Notes: generated by a model not told the origin, from the letters alone. 15,591 bases of DNA from Opitutales bacterium (GCA_049599475.1 JBMYOQ010000089.1:1-15591); one strand, 5' to 3'. Positions 1 to 7,303 are shown, numbered from the stretch's first letter. A program made the numbers and translations.

Positions 1-19
1 ACAAAGGCTTAAATGTTGC

Positions 20-45
20 GGCTCACCGGGACGGTTCGCCCTACC
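20..45 (-). repeat. GTAG-type REP (repetitive extragenic palindrome)
   Basis: The minus strand reads GGTAG-GGCGAACCG-TCC-CGGTGAGCC: a GTAG tetranucleotide followed by an imperfect 9-bp hairpin, the typical layout of GTAG-family REPs. Confidence 0.75.
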
Positions 46-71
46 ACTCCTGCACCTCGAAAGTGTGGGTT

Positions 72-109
72 TACCAGAATATACGAAAACACTTTTGAGA
101 AACCGTCTA
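72..109. mobile_element. Right terminal repeat of a MITE-like element (left end lies outside the window)
   Basis: 72-101 (taccagaatatacgaaaacacttttgagaa) matches 2138-2167 at 28/30. Both copies are followed by 6 nt and then TA (108-109 and 2174-2175). Confidence 0.6.
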
Positions 110-125
110 CCTAATTTCTAAGGTC

Positions 126-211
126 TCACGCAAAGGCCCGAAGACCCCAAGCTGTCACTTAAAAAATCTTTGGGTCTCTGGGTCTTGAGTGAATGCAGTG
201 AGCGGGCGTGA
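126..211. repeat. 86-bp palindromic CACGC-type intergenic element, intact copy
   Basis: Ends are TCACGC...GCGTGA. The arms carry 8-nt periodic units (ACGCAAAG/GCCCGAAG/ACCCCAAG). Both arms recur inverted at 1972-2020 (44/49) and 2232-2259 (25/28). Confidence 0.8.
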
Positions 212-255
212 TATATCATTCCAAATTTTTACCCCTAGAAAAAAACTTACTATTT

Positions 256-789
256 CTACTCAGAGGCCTCGAGACCCTGCCACAAGCTTTCTTTGAGCAG
301 CTTGCCCCACTCTGGATTAAACGGATGAACGCCTGTAACAGGTTTTCCATCACATTCTAAAGGCATGCCTTCATTTGCCCAACGAAAGATAGAGCCTTCG
401 AGATTGAAGACGTTTTCATAGCCGGCCTCCTGCAGCTCGACTGCCAAGCGAGACGAGCGATAACCTACTGAGCAATACACGATTATGGCAACCTCCTCTC
501 CGAGAGCCTCAGGCAAAACTTTTTTCGCCTCCTCGAGCGTCAGGGCGCGACGTGCTTCTGGCAAATGACTGATCGCAAATTCGTGGGCCTCCCGCGCATC
601 AATCAGCACAACAGAGTCGCCCGCCTCCACACGATCGTAAAGCTGCTGTGGCGATATATGTTTAGCCGTCGGAAACTCTTCGCGTATCCAAGCAAGGGTT
701 CCATCCCATGAAATCTCGGGTTGATCCCCCGAAGTCACCAGCATAGGCACACTCAACAGCAACCAACACAATGTGCTTATTCTAAGCAT
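256..789 (-). CDS. Rhodanese-like domain protein (single domain, probably exported or membrane-anchored)
   Basis: Rhodanese motifs IDARE..EF..SHLP.A, active-site loop IVYCSVGYRS and NLEGSIFRWANEG. The N-terminus is hydrophobic and signal-peptide-like. Confidence 0.92.
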   Translation of the reverse strand: MLRISTLCWLLLSVPMLVTSGDQPEISWDGTLAWIREEFPTAKHISPQQLYDRVEAGDSVVLIDAREAHEFAISHLPEARRALTLEEAKKVLPEALGEEVAIIVYCSVGYRSSRLAVELQEAGYENVFNLEGSIFRWANEGMPLECDGKPVTGVHPFNPEWGKLLKESLWQGLEASE

Positions 790-908
790 TTGCCTAGCTT
801 GTATCTTTCCCGATGAAGCGTAAAGCCTACATCGCTAAATTGTATCGCACACATCTCTAGATTATAGGGAACCCTTGAACCTCTTTGAAGTATACTTTAG
901 CTGATTCT

Positions 909-914
909 AAGGAG
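909..914 (+). promoter_or_regulatory. Shine-Dalgarno sequence of ldhA
   Basis: AAGGAG lies 8 nt upstream of the ATG at 923. Confidence 0.75.
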
Positions 915-922
915 ATTTCGAC

Positions 923-1927
923 ATGCGCATTCTATTTTACAGCTCAAAGCCCTACGACCGCGATTCCTTCAATTCGGTGAATCATGAATTCGGACATAAT
1001 ATCGAACATTTTGAAGGAAAATTGGAACCCAAAACCGCACCCATTGCCTCCGGATTCCCGGCTATCTGCGCTTTTGTGAATGACGACTTAGGCGCTGAGA
1101 CGTTACATGCCCTACATGAAATCGGCGTGAAGCTCGTGGCTCTGCGCTGCGCAGGGTTCAACCAAGTAGACCTGCCCACAGCCGCCAAGCTCGGCATTAA
1201 AATAGTACGCGTGCCTGCATACTCACCCCATGCGGTGGCAGAACACACACTCGCACTAATCATGGGCCTAAACCGAAAGACTCACCGAGCTTACAGCCGT
1301 GTCCGCGAGGGGAATTTCGAGCTACAAGGTCTCCTCGGATTCGATTTACATGGAAAAACTGCTGGCATCATCGGCACGGGTAAAATTGGAGCAATCGTCA
1401 CCAACATTTTACTCGGTTTTGGCTGCGAAGTCGCGCTCCATGATCCATACCCCAACAAGAGCCTAGAACAGAAAGGCGCACACTACGTCTCCTTAGACAC
1501 CTTGTTGGCAGAATCGGACATCATCTCTCTCCACTGTCCACTCACACCAGACAGTCATCACTTGATCGACGATACCTCGATCGAGAAAATGAAAAATGGC
1601 GTTTGCATCGTAAACACCAGTCGCGGAGGTCTCATCGATGCTGCGGCAGCGATCCGCGGGCTTAAGTCAGGAAAAATTGGATACCTAGGCCTCGACGTTT
1701 ACGAAGAGGAAGGCGACCTCTTCTTCCGCGACCTTTCAGGCAACGTCATTCAAGACGACATCTTCAGCCGCCTCACCACCTTTCCCAATGTCCTCATCAC
1801 CGGCCACCAAGCCTTTTTCACAAAAGAGGCCCTAGGCAACATAGCCCAGACGACGCTGCAAAATGTCACAGATTTCGAAAACGGTAAGCCGCTCACAAAC
1901 GAGGTCTCGGAGAAGCTGATGTCTTGA
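923..1927 (+). CDS. ldhA: NAD-dependent D-lactate dehydrogenase (D-2-hydroxyacid dehydrogenase family)
   Basis: Motifs ALRCAGFNQVD, RVPAYSPHAVAEH, Rossmann GIIGTGKIG, catalytic NTSRG, DVYEEE and TGHQAFFT. The 334-aa length is typical of LdhA. Confidence 0.93.
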   Translation: MRILFYSSKPYDRDSFNSVNHEFGHNIEHFEGKLEPKTAPIASGFPAICAFVNDDLGAETLHALHEIGVKLVALRCAGFNQVDLPTAAKLGIKIVRVPAYSPHAVAEHTLALIMGLNRKTHRAYSRVREGNFELQGLLGFDLHGKTAGIIGTGKIGAIVTNILLGFGCEVALHDPYPNKSLEQKGAHYVSLDTLLAESDIISLHCPLTPDSHHLIDDTSIEKMKNGVCIVNTSRGGLIDAAAAIRGLKSGKIGYLGLDVYEEEGDLFFRDLSGNVIQDDIFSRLTTFPNVLITGHQAFFTKEALGNIAQTTLQNVTDFENGKPLTNEVSEKLMS

Positions 1928-2041
1928 CGGGCCAATTCAGTGAAAAGTTGGCGTAAGAAGATATTCATTCCCACGCCCGCTTACTGCGTTCGCTCTAGCC
2001 CCAGAGACCCAAAGATTTTTAACGAACAGCGGCTCTTCTTA

Positions 2042-2173
2042 GACTAATTCTCAAAAGTACATTCGTAAACCAAAGGTAGCGGCCGACGACCCCGGCGGCC
2101 GAACATGCGCTGAAAAGCCGCCGGGGTCGTCGGCTTCTACCAAAATAAACGAAAACACTTTTGAGAACCGATA
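2042..2173. mobile_element. 132-bp MITE-like element with terminal inverted repeats, flanked by TA
   Basis: TTCTCAAAAGT (2048-2058) and ACTTTTGAGAA (2157-2167) form a perfect 11-bp inverted repeat, extended by TTCGT/ACGAA. Each lies 6 nt inside a TA (2040-2041, 2174-2175). A second copy of the right end is at 72-109. No transposase is encoded. Confidence 0.6.
2075..2141. repeat. REP doublet (REPIN-like): two inverted GTAG REPs
   Basis: GGTAG at 2075-2079 and CTACC at 2137-2141 bracket a perfect 18-bp inverted repeat, GCCGACGACCCCGGCGGC (2082-2099) / GCCGCCGGGGTCGTCGGC (2117-2134). Confidence 0.8.
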
Positions 2174-2272
2174 TAGATCCGAGGTAATGGCCCTATCTTT
2201 TACTATCAAATTGGCTGCGAATGGGTATGCTAGCTTGGGGTCTTTGGGTCTTAGCGTGATCCTTGGATACTG

Positions 2273-2388
2273 GGTAGCCGCAGCTCTCCGAGCTGTGGAA
2301 CGGCGCGATAAGGAGCATTCGTTATTGGTAATTAGTTCTACCAATTATGACTCATCTGCCATCGACCCCTCGCAGAGCGAGCGTTACC
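2273..2388. repeat. Second REP doublet with one intact and one degenerate arm
   Basis: GGTAG-CCGCAGCTC-TCC-GAGCTGTGG (2273-2298) forms a 9-bp stem with one G:T pair. The inverted degenerate partner at 2363-2388 reads GGTAACGCTCGCTCTGCGAGGGGTCG on the minus strand (17/26 to the first arm). Confidence 0.55.
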
Positions 2389-2452
2389 ACATTCACAAAA
2401 TACTTCTGAAAAAGACCTGAGAGTATCCTGTACCAAATCCTGTTAATTTTGC

Positions 2453-4996
2453 TCATCCAACCACGGGATGAATACCCAAAAGCAGGAGCTCTATCCTTCC
2501 CTCAGCCCGGGCCTTTTCCAGTGATACTGAGAAACTCACCTGCCAGTCGTTGAGGTCTTCGGAGTCGATGAGGGTTTGGTGAATGGTCCAGGTTTTGCGA
2601 TCGTCGGATTCCTCGATATGGGTGTGTTGTTGATTGCGGGCCTCGGGATCTAGGCGAATCCAATCACGGTCGTCGTAGTAGGGCTGAAGGCTTTTTTCGA
2701 GTTCCAGTTTTGGAAAGGTGGCATCGGGAAAAAGCGCTTCAAGGGAGTATTGCTCTGCGATTTCGTTATATTGTTTTGCTGCGAGTAGACGGATAAAGTC
2801 AAAGATCTCGTTGCGGACCAGGCGAGTAAACTTCGCCCGATCGCGCGTAATATCCAAGGACCTTTCATCCGGTAGCGATGCATCACCTTCAGCACCTTTT
2901 TGGTAGTCAGGATTCCGCATGGTTGCCCACTCATCCATCAGACTCGAATCAGTCGTACGCAAGAGATGCTCGAAGTAGGTAATAATCTCTTCAACAGGCT
3001 CCGTTTTAAAGTCGGGAGGTATCGTGTTTTCCAGGACGCGATAGACTTGTGTTAAATGGCGCAGGAGCAGGCCCTCGGCGCGTTGAAGGCCATAAGACTT
3101 TATGTAATCCCCGAATCCGCAGTAGCGCTCAAACATTTCGCGCGCAATCGACTTTGGCTTGATGTTTTCGCTACCCACCCAGGGATGCTGCGCCGCGAAA
3201 GTATTGAAAGTCTCGTAGATAAAATCTGCTTCAGGCTTGGGGTATTCAAGCGTATCCAGCTTCGCCATACGCTCGTCGTATTCAATACCGGCTTGTTTCA
3301 TCTCGGCGACAGCATCGTTTTTCACTTTCTCGAGCTGCTTGCGAAGAATAATGTCGGGATTCTCCAAGATAGATTCGACCAAGCTCAGGAGCTTGAGCGG
3401 ATACTCTTCAGTTTCTGTATTGAGCATCCCCAGCGCATCGATGCAGTAAAGTGAGAGGGTCTGATTGAGCGAAAACTCATCCTGCAGTTCGACATTTACT
3501 CGAAGCTTATCTGCCGACCCCTTCGGTAAGATCTCAATAATATTACGCTCGAGAAGCGCCCGAAAGAGCTGAAATGCTTGGCGTCCCATTGCCTTTTTAG
3601 AACCCTCAGTCTCATGGCTGTCACGCAACAACTGCCGCATTGCTTGACATCCGTCTCCCTTGCGACTGAGGACATTGAGCAGCATGCCGTGAGAAACTTT
3701 GAAACGCGATTTCAGCGGCTCAGCGGGTGCCGACTGGAGGCGTATATAGACTTGCTCGTCCCAGTGCACATAGCCACGCTCAGGCGGTTTCTTTTTGCTA
3801 AACTTCTTTTTCTTCTTCGGATCCGCATTGGCTTTCGCCTCTAGTCGCTTATTTTCAATAACATGCTCCGGGGCCATCGCAATCACGTAACCGCGATCAT
3901 CAAAGCCTTTTCGCCCGGCTCGACCACTGATCTGGTGGAAATCACGCGCGGTCAGAACAGAGGTCCGAGAACCGCCATATTTACAGAGTTGCGTGAAAAG
4001 GACAGTTCGAATCGGAACATTGACCCCAACCCCGAGAGTGTCGGTGCCACAGATAATTTTCAGAAGACCCTGTTGCGCTAGTTTTTCAATCAGAACTCGG
4101 TAACGCGGGAGCAAGCCCGCATGGTGCAGGCCAATTCCGTTACTCAAATAGCGCTTAATGTCCTTACCAAACGGGCTGTTGAACGGGACTTCGACTAGAG
4201 CTTCTTTAATTTGCTCCTTCTCCGCTTTGGACGCCACATTCAGGCTCATCAGAGCTTGCGCCGTATCGGAGGCTGACTTCTGAGTAAAATGCACCAAATA
4301 CACCGGGAGCTTATTTGCCGCCTGAAGCTCATCGAGCACTTCCGTGAGCGGCTCTTCAGTATAAGAAAACTCTAAGGGAACGGGACGTTCGGTGCTTGAA
4401 ACAGTGAGGGTCGATTCTCCTGTGAGACGCGTGAGCTCGCGCTCGAAAAACGCAGTCTCGCCCAGAGTAGCGGAAATCAACAGAAAGCGCGCGTGCGGCA
4501 TCGTTAGGAGAGGCACCTGCCAGGCCACCCCGCGCTCACCATCCGAGTAGTAGTGAAACTCGTCCATGATGACATCGTGGACCGCGGCAGTCTCCCCATC
4601 GCGCAAGGCAATATTGGCAAGAATCTCGGCGGTACAGCAAAGGATGGGCGCATTACGATTCACACTCGCATCCCCAGTCATCATGCCAACGTTTTCAGGC
4701 CCGAAATCGCGGCACAGTGCGAGAAACTTTTCATTCACCAAAGCCTTGATCGGGCAGGTATAGACCGACTTGCGACCCGTTGACGCAGACAAGAAGTGTA
4801 AGGCTGCAGCAACCAAGGACTTACCGGAGCCGGTCGGAGTATTAAGAATGATATTCTTACCGCTAAAGAGCTCTAAAATCGCCTCCTCCTGAGCCGGATA
4901 CAGCTCAATGCCCTTCTCGGTCGTATATTCCAAGAAGTGCTCGAGCAGGGCATCTGGGTCGGTTTCCCCCTGAAGAGGCTGTAGCGGATAATCCAT
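2453..4996 (-). CDS. SF2 Ski2-like DEAD/DEAH-box RNA helicase with DUF3516-type C-terminal region
   Basis: Q-motif LYPAQEEA, Walker A TPTGSGKS, motif Ia [32 protein letters not shown] and QISGRAGR. The 847-aa length and C-terminal region match my recollection of DUF3516 helicases. Confidence 0.92.
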   Translation of the reverse strand: MDYPLQPLQGETDPDALLEHFLEYTTEKGIELYPAQEEAILELFSGKNIILNTPTGSGKSLVAAALHFLSASTGRKSVYTCPIKALVNEKFLALCRDFGPENVGMMTGDASVNRNAPILCCTAEILANIALRDGETAAVHDVIMDEFHYYSDGERGVAWQVPLLTMPHARFLLISATLGETAFFERELTRLTGESTLTVSSTERPVPLEFSYTEEPLTEVLDELQAANKLPVYLVHFTQKSASDTAQALMSLNVASKAEKEQIKEALVEVPFNSPFGKDIKRYLSNGIGLHHAGLLPRYRVLIEKLAQQGLLKIICGTDTLGVGVNVPIRTVLFTQLCKYGGSRTSVLTARDFHQISGRAGRKGFDDRGYVIAMAPEHVIENKRLEAKANADPKKKKKFSKKKPPERGYVHWDEQVYIRLQSAPAEPLKSRFKVSHGMLLNVLSRKGDGCQAMRQLLRDSHETEGSKKAMGRQAFQLFRALLERNIIEILPKGSADKLRVNVELQDEFSLNQTLSLYCIDALGMLNTETEEYPLKLLSLVESILENPDIILRKQLEKVKNDAVAEMKQAGIEYDERMAKLDTLEYPKPEADFIYETFNTFAAQHPWVGSENIKPKSIAREMFERYCGFGDYIKSYGLQRAEGLLLRHLTQVYRVLENTIPPDFKTEPVEEIITYFEHLLRTTDSSLMDEWATMRNPDYQKGAEGDASLPDERSLDITRDRAKFTRLVRNEIFDFIRLLAAKQYNEIAEQYSLEALFPDATFPKLELEKSLQPYYDDRDWIRLDPEARNQQHTHIEESDDRKTWTIHQTLIDSEDLNDWQVSFSVSLEKARAEGRIELLLLGIHPVVG

Positions 4997-5054
4997 CGAA
5001 GGTCTATGACGCGATGGCGGGCGTGGTTCAACAAAGAATGCGATTGAGGCTGAA

Positions 5055-5176
5055 AGGTCTCACGCGAAGCCGCGAAGTGTGCTGACGAGGCCATATTGCT
5101 GAACATGATAGCGCCCTAGGTCTGCTCTTCGATAAAGATGCTTTCTGAATTTCCTTCGCGGTTTCGCGTGGGATCT
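5055..5176. repeat. Inverted pair of CACGC-type repeat arms
   Basis: 5055-5077 (aggtctcacgcgaagccgcgaag) matches the reverse complement of 5154-5176 at 20/23. AAGGTCTCACGC (5054-5065) is identical to 120-131. Confidence 0.75.
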
Positions 5177-5255
5177 AAACAATACCGAACAATCAAAAGC
5201 ACCATTCTCCCGTATCTCCATACCCAAATTCCATAGTTCATTTTTCACTTTTTTT

Positions 5256-5283
5256 GGAATAAGCCGGAAGCACACGTATCTGA
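5256..5283 (+). promoter_or_regulatory. Putative ECF sigma-dependent promoter of the YHS gene
   Basis: GGAATAA-N16-TCTGA resembles the RpoE-type GGAACTT-N16-TCTGA consensus. The same motif and spacing occur at 7244-7271. Confidence 0.6.
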
Positions 5284-5351
5284 TGAGGAAAGCGGAGAAA
5301 TCCACGATACCCAAAGTAATACAATTCTAAATACCCATTAAACAATAAATC

Positions 5352-5825
5352 ATGAACAAGACATTCACTTCACTCTTCACTGCTGCCCTAGTTGGCATTT
5401 TTTCACTCCTCACACCATCCATCGCTCAAGCGGTAGATGTGCAATCAGCCCCTATCGCACTCGTCGGCGCGCAAGGCTATGACTTAGTATCCTATCACTC
5501 GGGATCACCTGTTCGTGGTAGCGGGTATCATGCAGTTCCTTACAAAGGAATCACTTATATTTTCCAAAACGAGGAAAACGCGGCTATGTTTAAGAGTAAG
5601 CCGGAAATGTATCTCCCAGCGTTTGGCGGCTTCTGCGCTATGGGTGTTGCCAAAGGCAAGAAAATCGAAGTGGACCCAATGGTATGGAAAATTGTCGATG
5701 GCCGCCTCTACCTAAATGTAAACAGCAAGGTTCAAGGAATTTGGATTGAAAACCAATCAAAGAATATCATGAAGGCGAATTCAAACTGGGAAAACATCAT
5801 GAATATGAGCCCGATGGACCTCTAG
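5352..5825 (+). CDS. Exported YHS domain-containing (seleno)protein family member, Cys form
   Basis: Signal peptide ending in AQA. Family motifs GYDLVSY, YKGITYIFQNEEN..MF...PE.YLPAFGGFCAMGVA and DP..WKIVDGRLYLN. Confidence 0.88.
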   Translation: MNKTFTSLFTAALVGIFSLLTPSIAQAVDVQSAPIALVGAQGYDLVSYHSGSPVRGSGYHAVPYKGITYIFQNEENAAMFKSKPEMYLPAFGGFCAMGVAKGKKIEVDPMVWKIVDGRLYLNVNSKVQGIWIENQSKNIMKANSNWENIMNMSPMDL

Positions 5826-5859
5826 GGTCCCGACCCTATCCTTACATAAAATATTCCTT

Positions 5860-5891
5860 AAAGCACCCTCAATACTGGTGGGTGCTTTTTT
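5860..5891 (+). terminator. Rho-independent terminator after the YHS gene
   Basis: AAAGCACCC (5860-5868) pairs with GGGTGCTTT (5880-5888) and runs into a T tract, 35 nt after the stop codon. Confidence 0.75.
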
Positions 5892-6179
5892 GCGTACGCC
5901 ATAAAAGCAGGCGCCCTCGACAATTGGGTGAGGAGGGGCTTCATGTCGTCGAGAGCGCCCACAATTTCATAGATAGGGATTCCACGCCTATACGTTTCTT
6001 AGGACGAAGGTCTCGAATTTTTATTCTCTGTATTTATCAAAATAAAAAAATAAATATTTTAAGAATATTTCCAGAGAGCGCTCGTCACAGGTGTGAATCA
6101 AGTCAATCGACCCGCTCTATTAAACAGAGACCGATAGACCCATCAATATAGATAAAAAACTACGAACACCTACCCTAAA

Positions 6180-7064
6180 ATGAATACACGACACACTTTC
6201 GGAATTTTGCTCACGTGTGGCTTAACCACTGCCGCGATGGCTCAATATCTACCGAAGAAAGACCAGCTTTCGATAAGCACTGGATTTTCTCATACAACTT
6301 TTGATGAGTTCTACTCAGGGCCTGGTGGAGACACAGAAGGCCCCACACCCGGAGAAGAAGAGATCGAGCGAAACGTCTTCCGCACCTACCTGTATTATGG
6401 AATACAAGACAATATAGCGGTAGACTTTTCATTCGCCGTTGCAGATGTCCAGGCCTTCGAAGGTGTTCCTGATTCCGTTGGGAATCAGACCGAGTTTGCC
6501 GATTTCACTTTGGGCCTCAATTGGCAACCCTTTACCGAAGCTAGCCACGGCTATGATCTTCTTACGCGAGTCGGCGTAAACATAGAAGGCACTTACGAAA
6601 CTGGGGCTCTCAGCGCTCCAGGAGATGGCGCAAACGGGATCGACCTGGGAGTTAAATTTGGCCGCACGATCACTGAATCCGGTATTCGAGGCGACGTCGG
6701 AGTCAATTATTACATCCGAGGTGAAGGCGTACCCGATGCGATTTCGATCAAGGCGGGCCCTTCGATTCCCCTTCCCTACAATTTCAATCTCGATGCTGGC
6801 CTGATCTACTTCACATCAACTCAAGATGGGCAGGATATCGGAGGCCCTGATTTCGGCACGGTTCGCCTCGACAATCCTTCCCCACTACGCGACCTCCCAC
6901 TCGTCGAAGAAGAGGGCATCGTGGGAGAACTCGGATTGAGCTACGCCTCCGGCCGCTATTACTGGCGCGCTTCCGTGTCCCAACTCTTCGATGGAAGAAA
7001 TGTAGGCAAGGAACTCACCTTCGGGATTTCCCTTTCGATGTCTTTCGACAATCTATTGCAGTAG
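6180..7064 (+). CDS. Putative outer-membrane beta-barrel protein of unknown function
   Basis: Signal peptide ending in AMA. Many alternating hydrophobic/polar strands (DFTLGLNWQ, GIDLGVKFG, GELGLSY, LTFGISLSMSF) separated by Gly/Asp-rich loops. The family is not recognised with certainty. Confidence 0.65.
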   Translation: MNTRHTFGILLTCGLTTAAMAQYLPKKDQLSISTGFSHTTFDEFYSGPGGDTEGPTPGEEEIERNVFRTYLYYGIQDNIAVDFSFAVADVQAFEGVPDSVGNQTEFADFTLGLNWQPFTEASHGYDLLTRVGVNIEGTYETGALSAPGDGANGIDLGVKFGRTITESGIRGDVGVNYYIRGEGVPDAISIKAGPSIPLPYNFNLDAGLIYFTSTQDGQDIGGPDFGTVRLDNPSPLRDLPLVEEEGIVGELGLSYASGRYYWRASVSQLFDGRNVGKELTFGISLSMSFDNLLQ

Positions 7065-7080
7065 ACTCCAACACCTCCTC

Positions 7081-7115
7081 AATTGGGTCGGTCGCTCAAA
7101 ACGGCCGGCCCAATT
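7081..7115 (+). terminator. 14-bp stem-loop after the beta-barrel gene (terminator or mRNA-stabilising hairpin)
   Basis: AATTGGGTCGGTCG (7081-7094) pairs with CGGCCGGCCCAATT (7102-7115), with two U:G pairs on the + strand. It lacks a long U tract. Confidence 0.55.
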
Positions 7116-7243
7116 CGAAATCTTGAGATACCGATAAAGTGACCCCCAGGACATTCCCAGGCATTATCGAAAACGACCTCAAACGCTATGACGTATCGTT
7201 CCTAAATTTATTCTTCCATTTTGCAGTTTTTCTAAAAAATCCC

Positions 7244-7271
7244 GGAATAACTTCTCCGAGCAGCCTTCTAA
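7244..7271 (+). promoter_or_regulatory. Putative autoregulatory ECF promoter
   Basis: GGAATAA-N16-TCTAA ends 32 nt upstream of the ATG at 7304 and matches the motif at 5256-5283. Confidence 0.6.
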
Positions 7272-7303
7272 ACCGCGGCACACCTTTAGGCTCAAAAGAG
7301 AAC

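Larger units (their letters stand above)
1972..2259. repeat. Split, inverted copy of the CACGC-type element (arms 1972-2030 and 2232-2259) enclosing about 200 bp of additional DNA
   Basis: 1972-2020 matches the reverse complement of 162-210 at 44/49. 2232-2259 matches the reverse complement of 126-153 at 25/28. Confidence 0.8.

Noticed and set aside
187..206. Resemblance of GAGTGAATGCAGTGAGCGGG to plasmid primosome-assembly/ssDNA-origin motifs
   Set aside because: Only a short CAGTGAGCG core is shared with what I recall, and there are no replication genes nearby.
868..896. GGAACCC-N16-TATAC upstream of ldhA as a third member of the ECF regulon
   Set aside because: Both boxes differ from GGAATAA/TCT(G/A)A. 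TATACT may simply be a housekeeping -10 element.
1..2400. Possible CRISPR array or integron attC sites among the repeats
   Set aside because: The repeats are inverted pairs without regular repeat-spacer periodicity. No cas or intI gene is present and there is no convincing RYYYAAC...GTTRRRY cassette structure.
2051..2420. ORFs 2051-2344 (-) and 2187-2420 (+)
   Set aside because: They run through REP/MITE/CACGC repeats and have no recognisable domain; most likely chance ORFs.
4873..5314. ORFs 4873-5106 (-) and 5060-5314 (-)
   Set aside because: They overlap the helicase start, a repeat element and the promoter region, with no protein-family features.
5352..5838. Selenocysteine recoding or read-through of the YHS gene (hairpin TAGGGTC-CC-GACCCTA at 5823-5838)
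   Set aside because: There is no in-frame TGA, the Cys is TGC and the protein appears complete at its TAG stop. The hairpin has only a 2-nt loop.
5882..6151. 89-aa ORF between the YHS and barrel genes
   Set aside because: It starts inside the terminator, crosses the AT-rich tract and has no RBS or domain signature.
7139..7303. 55-aa N-terminal extension of the ECF sigma from GTG 7139
   Set aside because: It does not resemble a sigma domain and overlaps the putative promoter at 7244-7271. ATG 7304 gives a normal-sized ECF.
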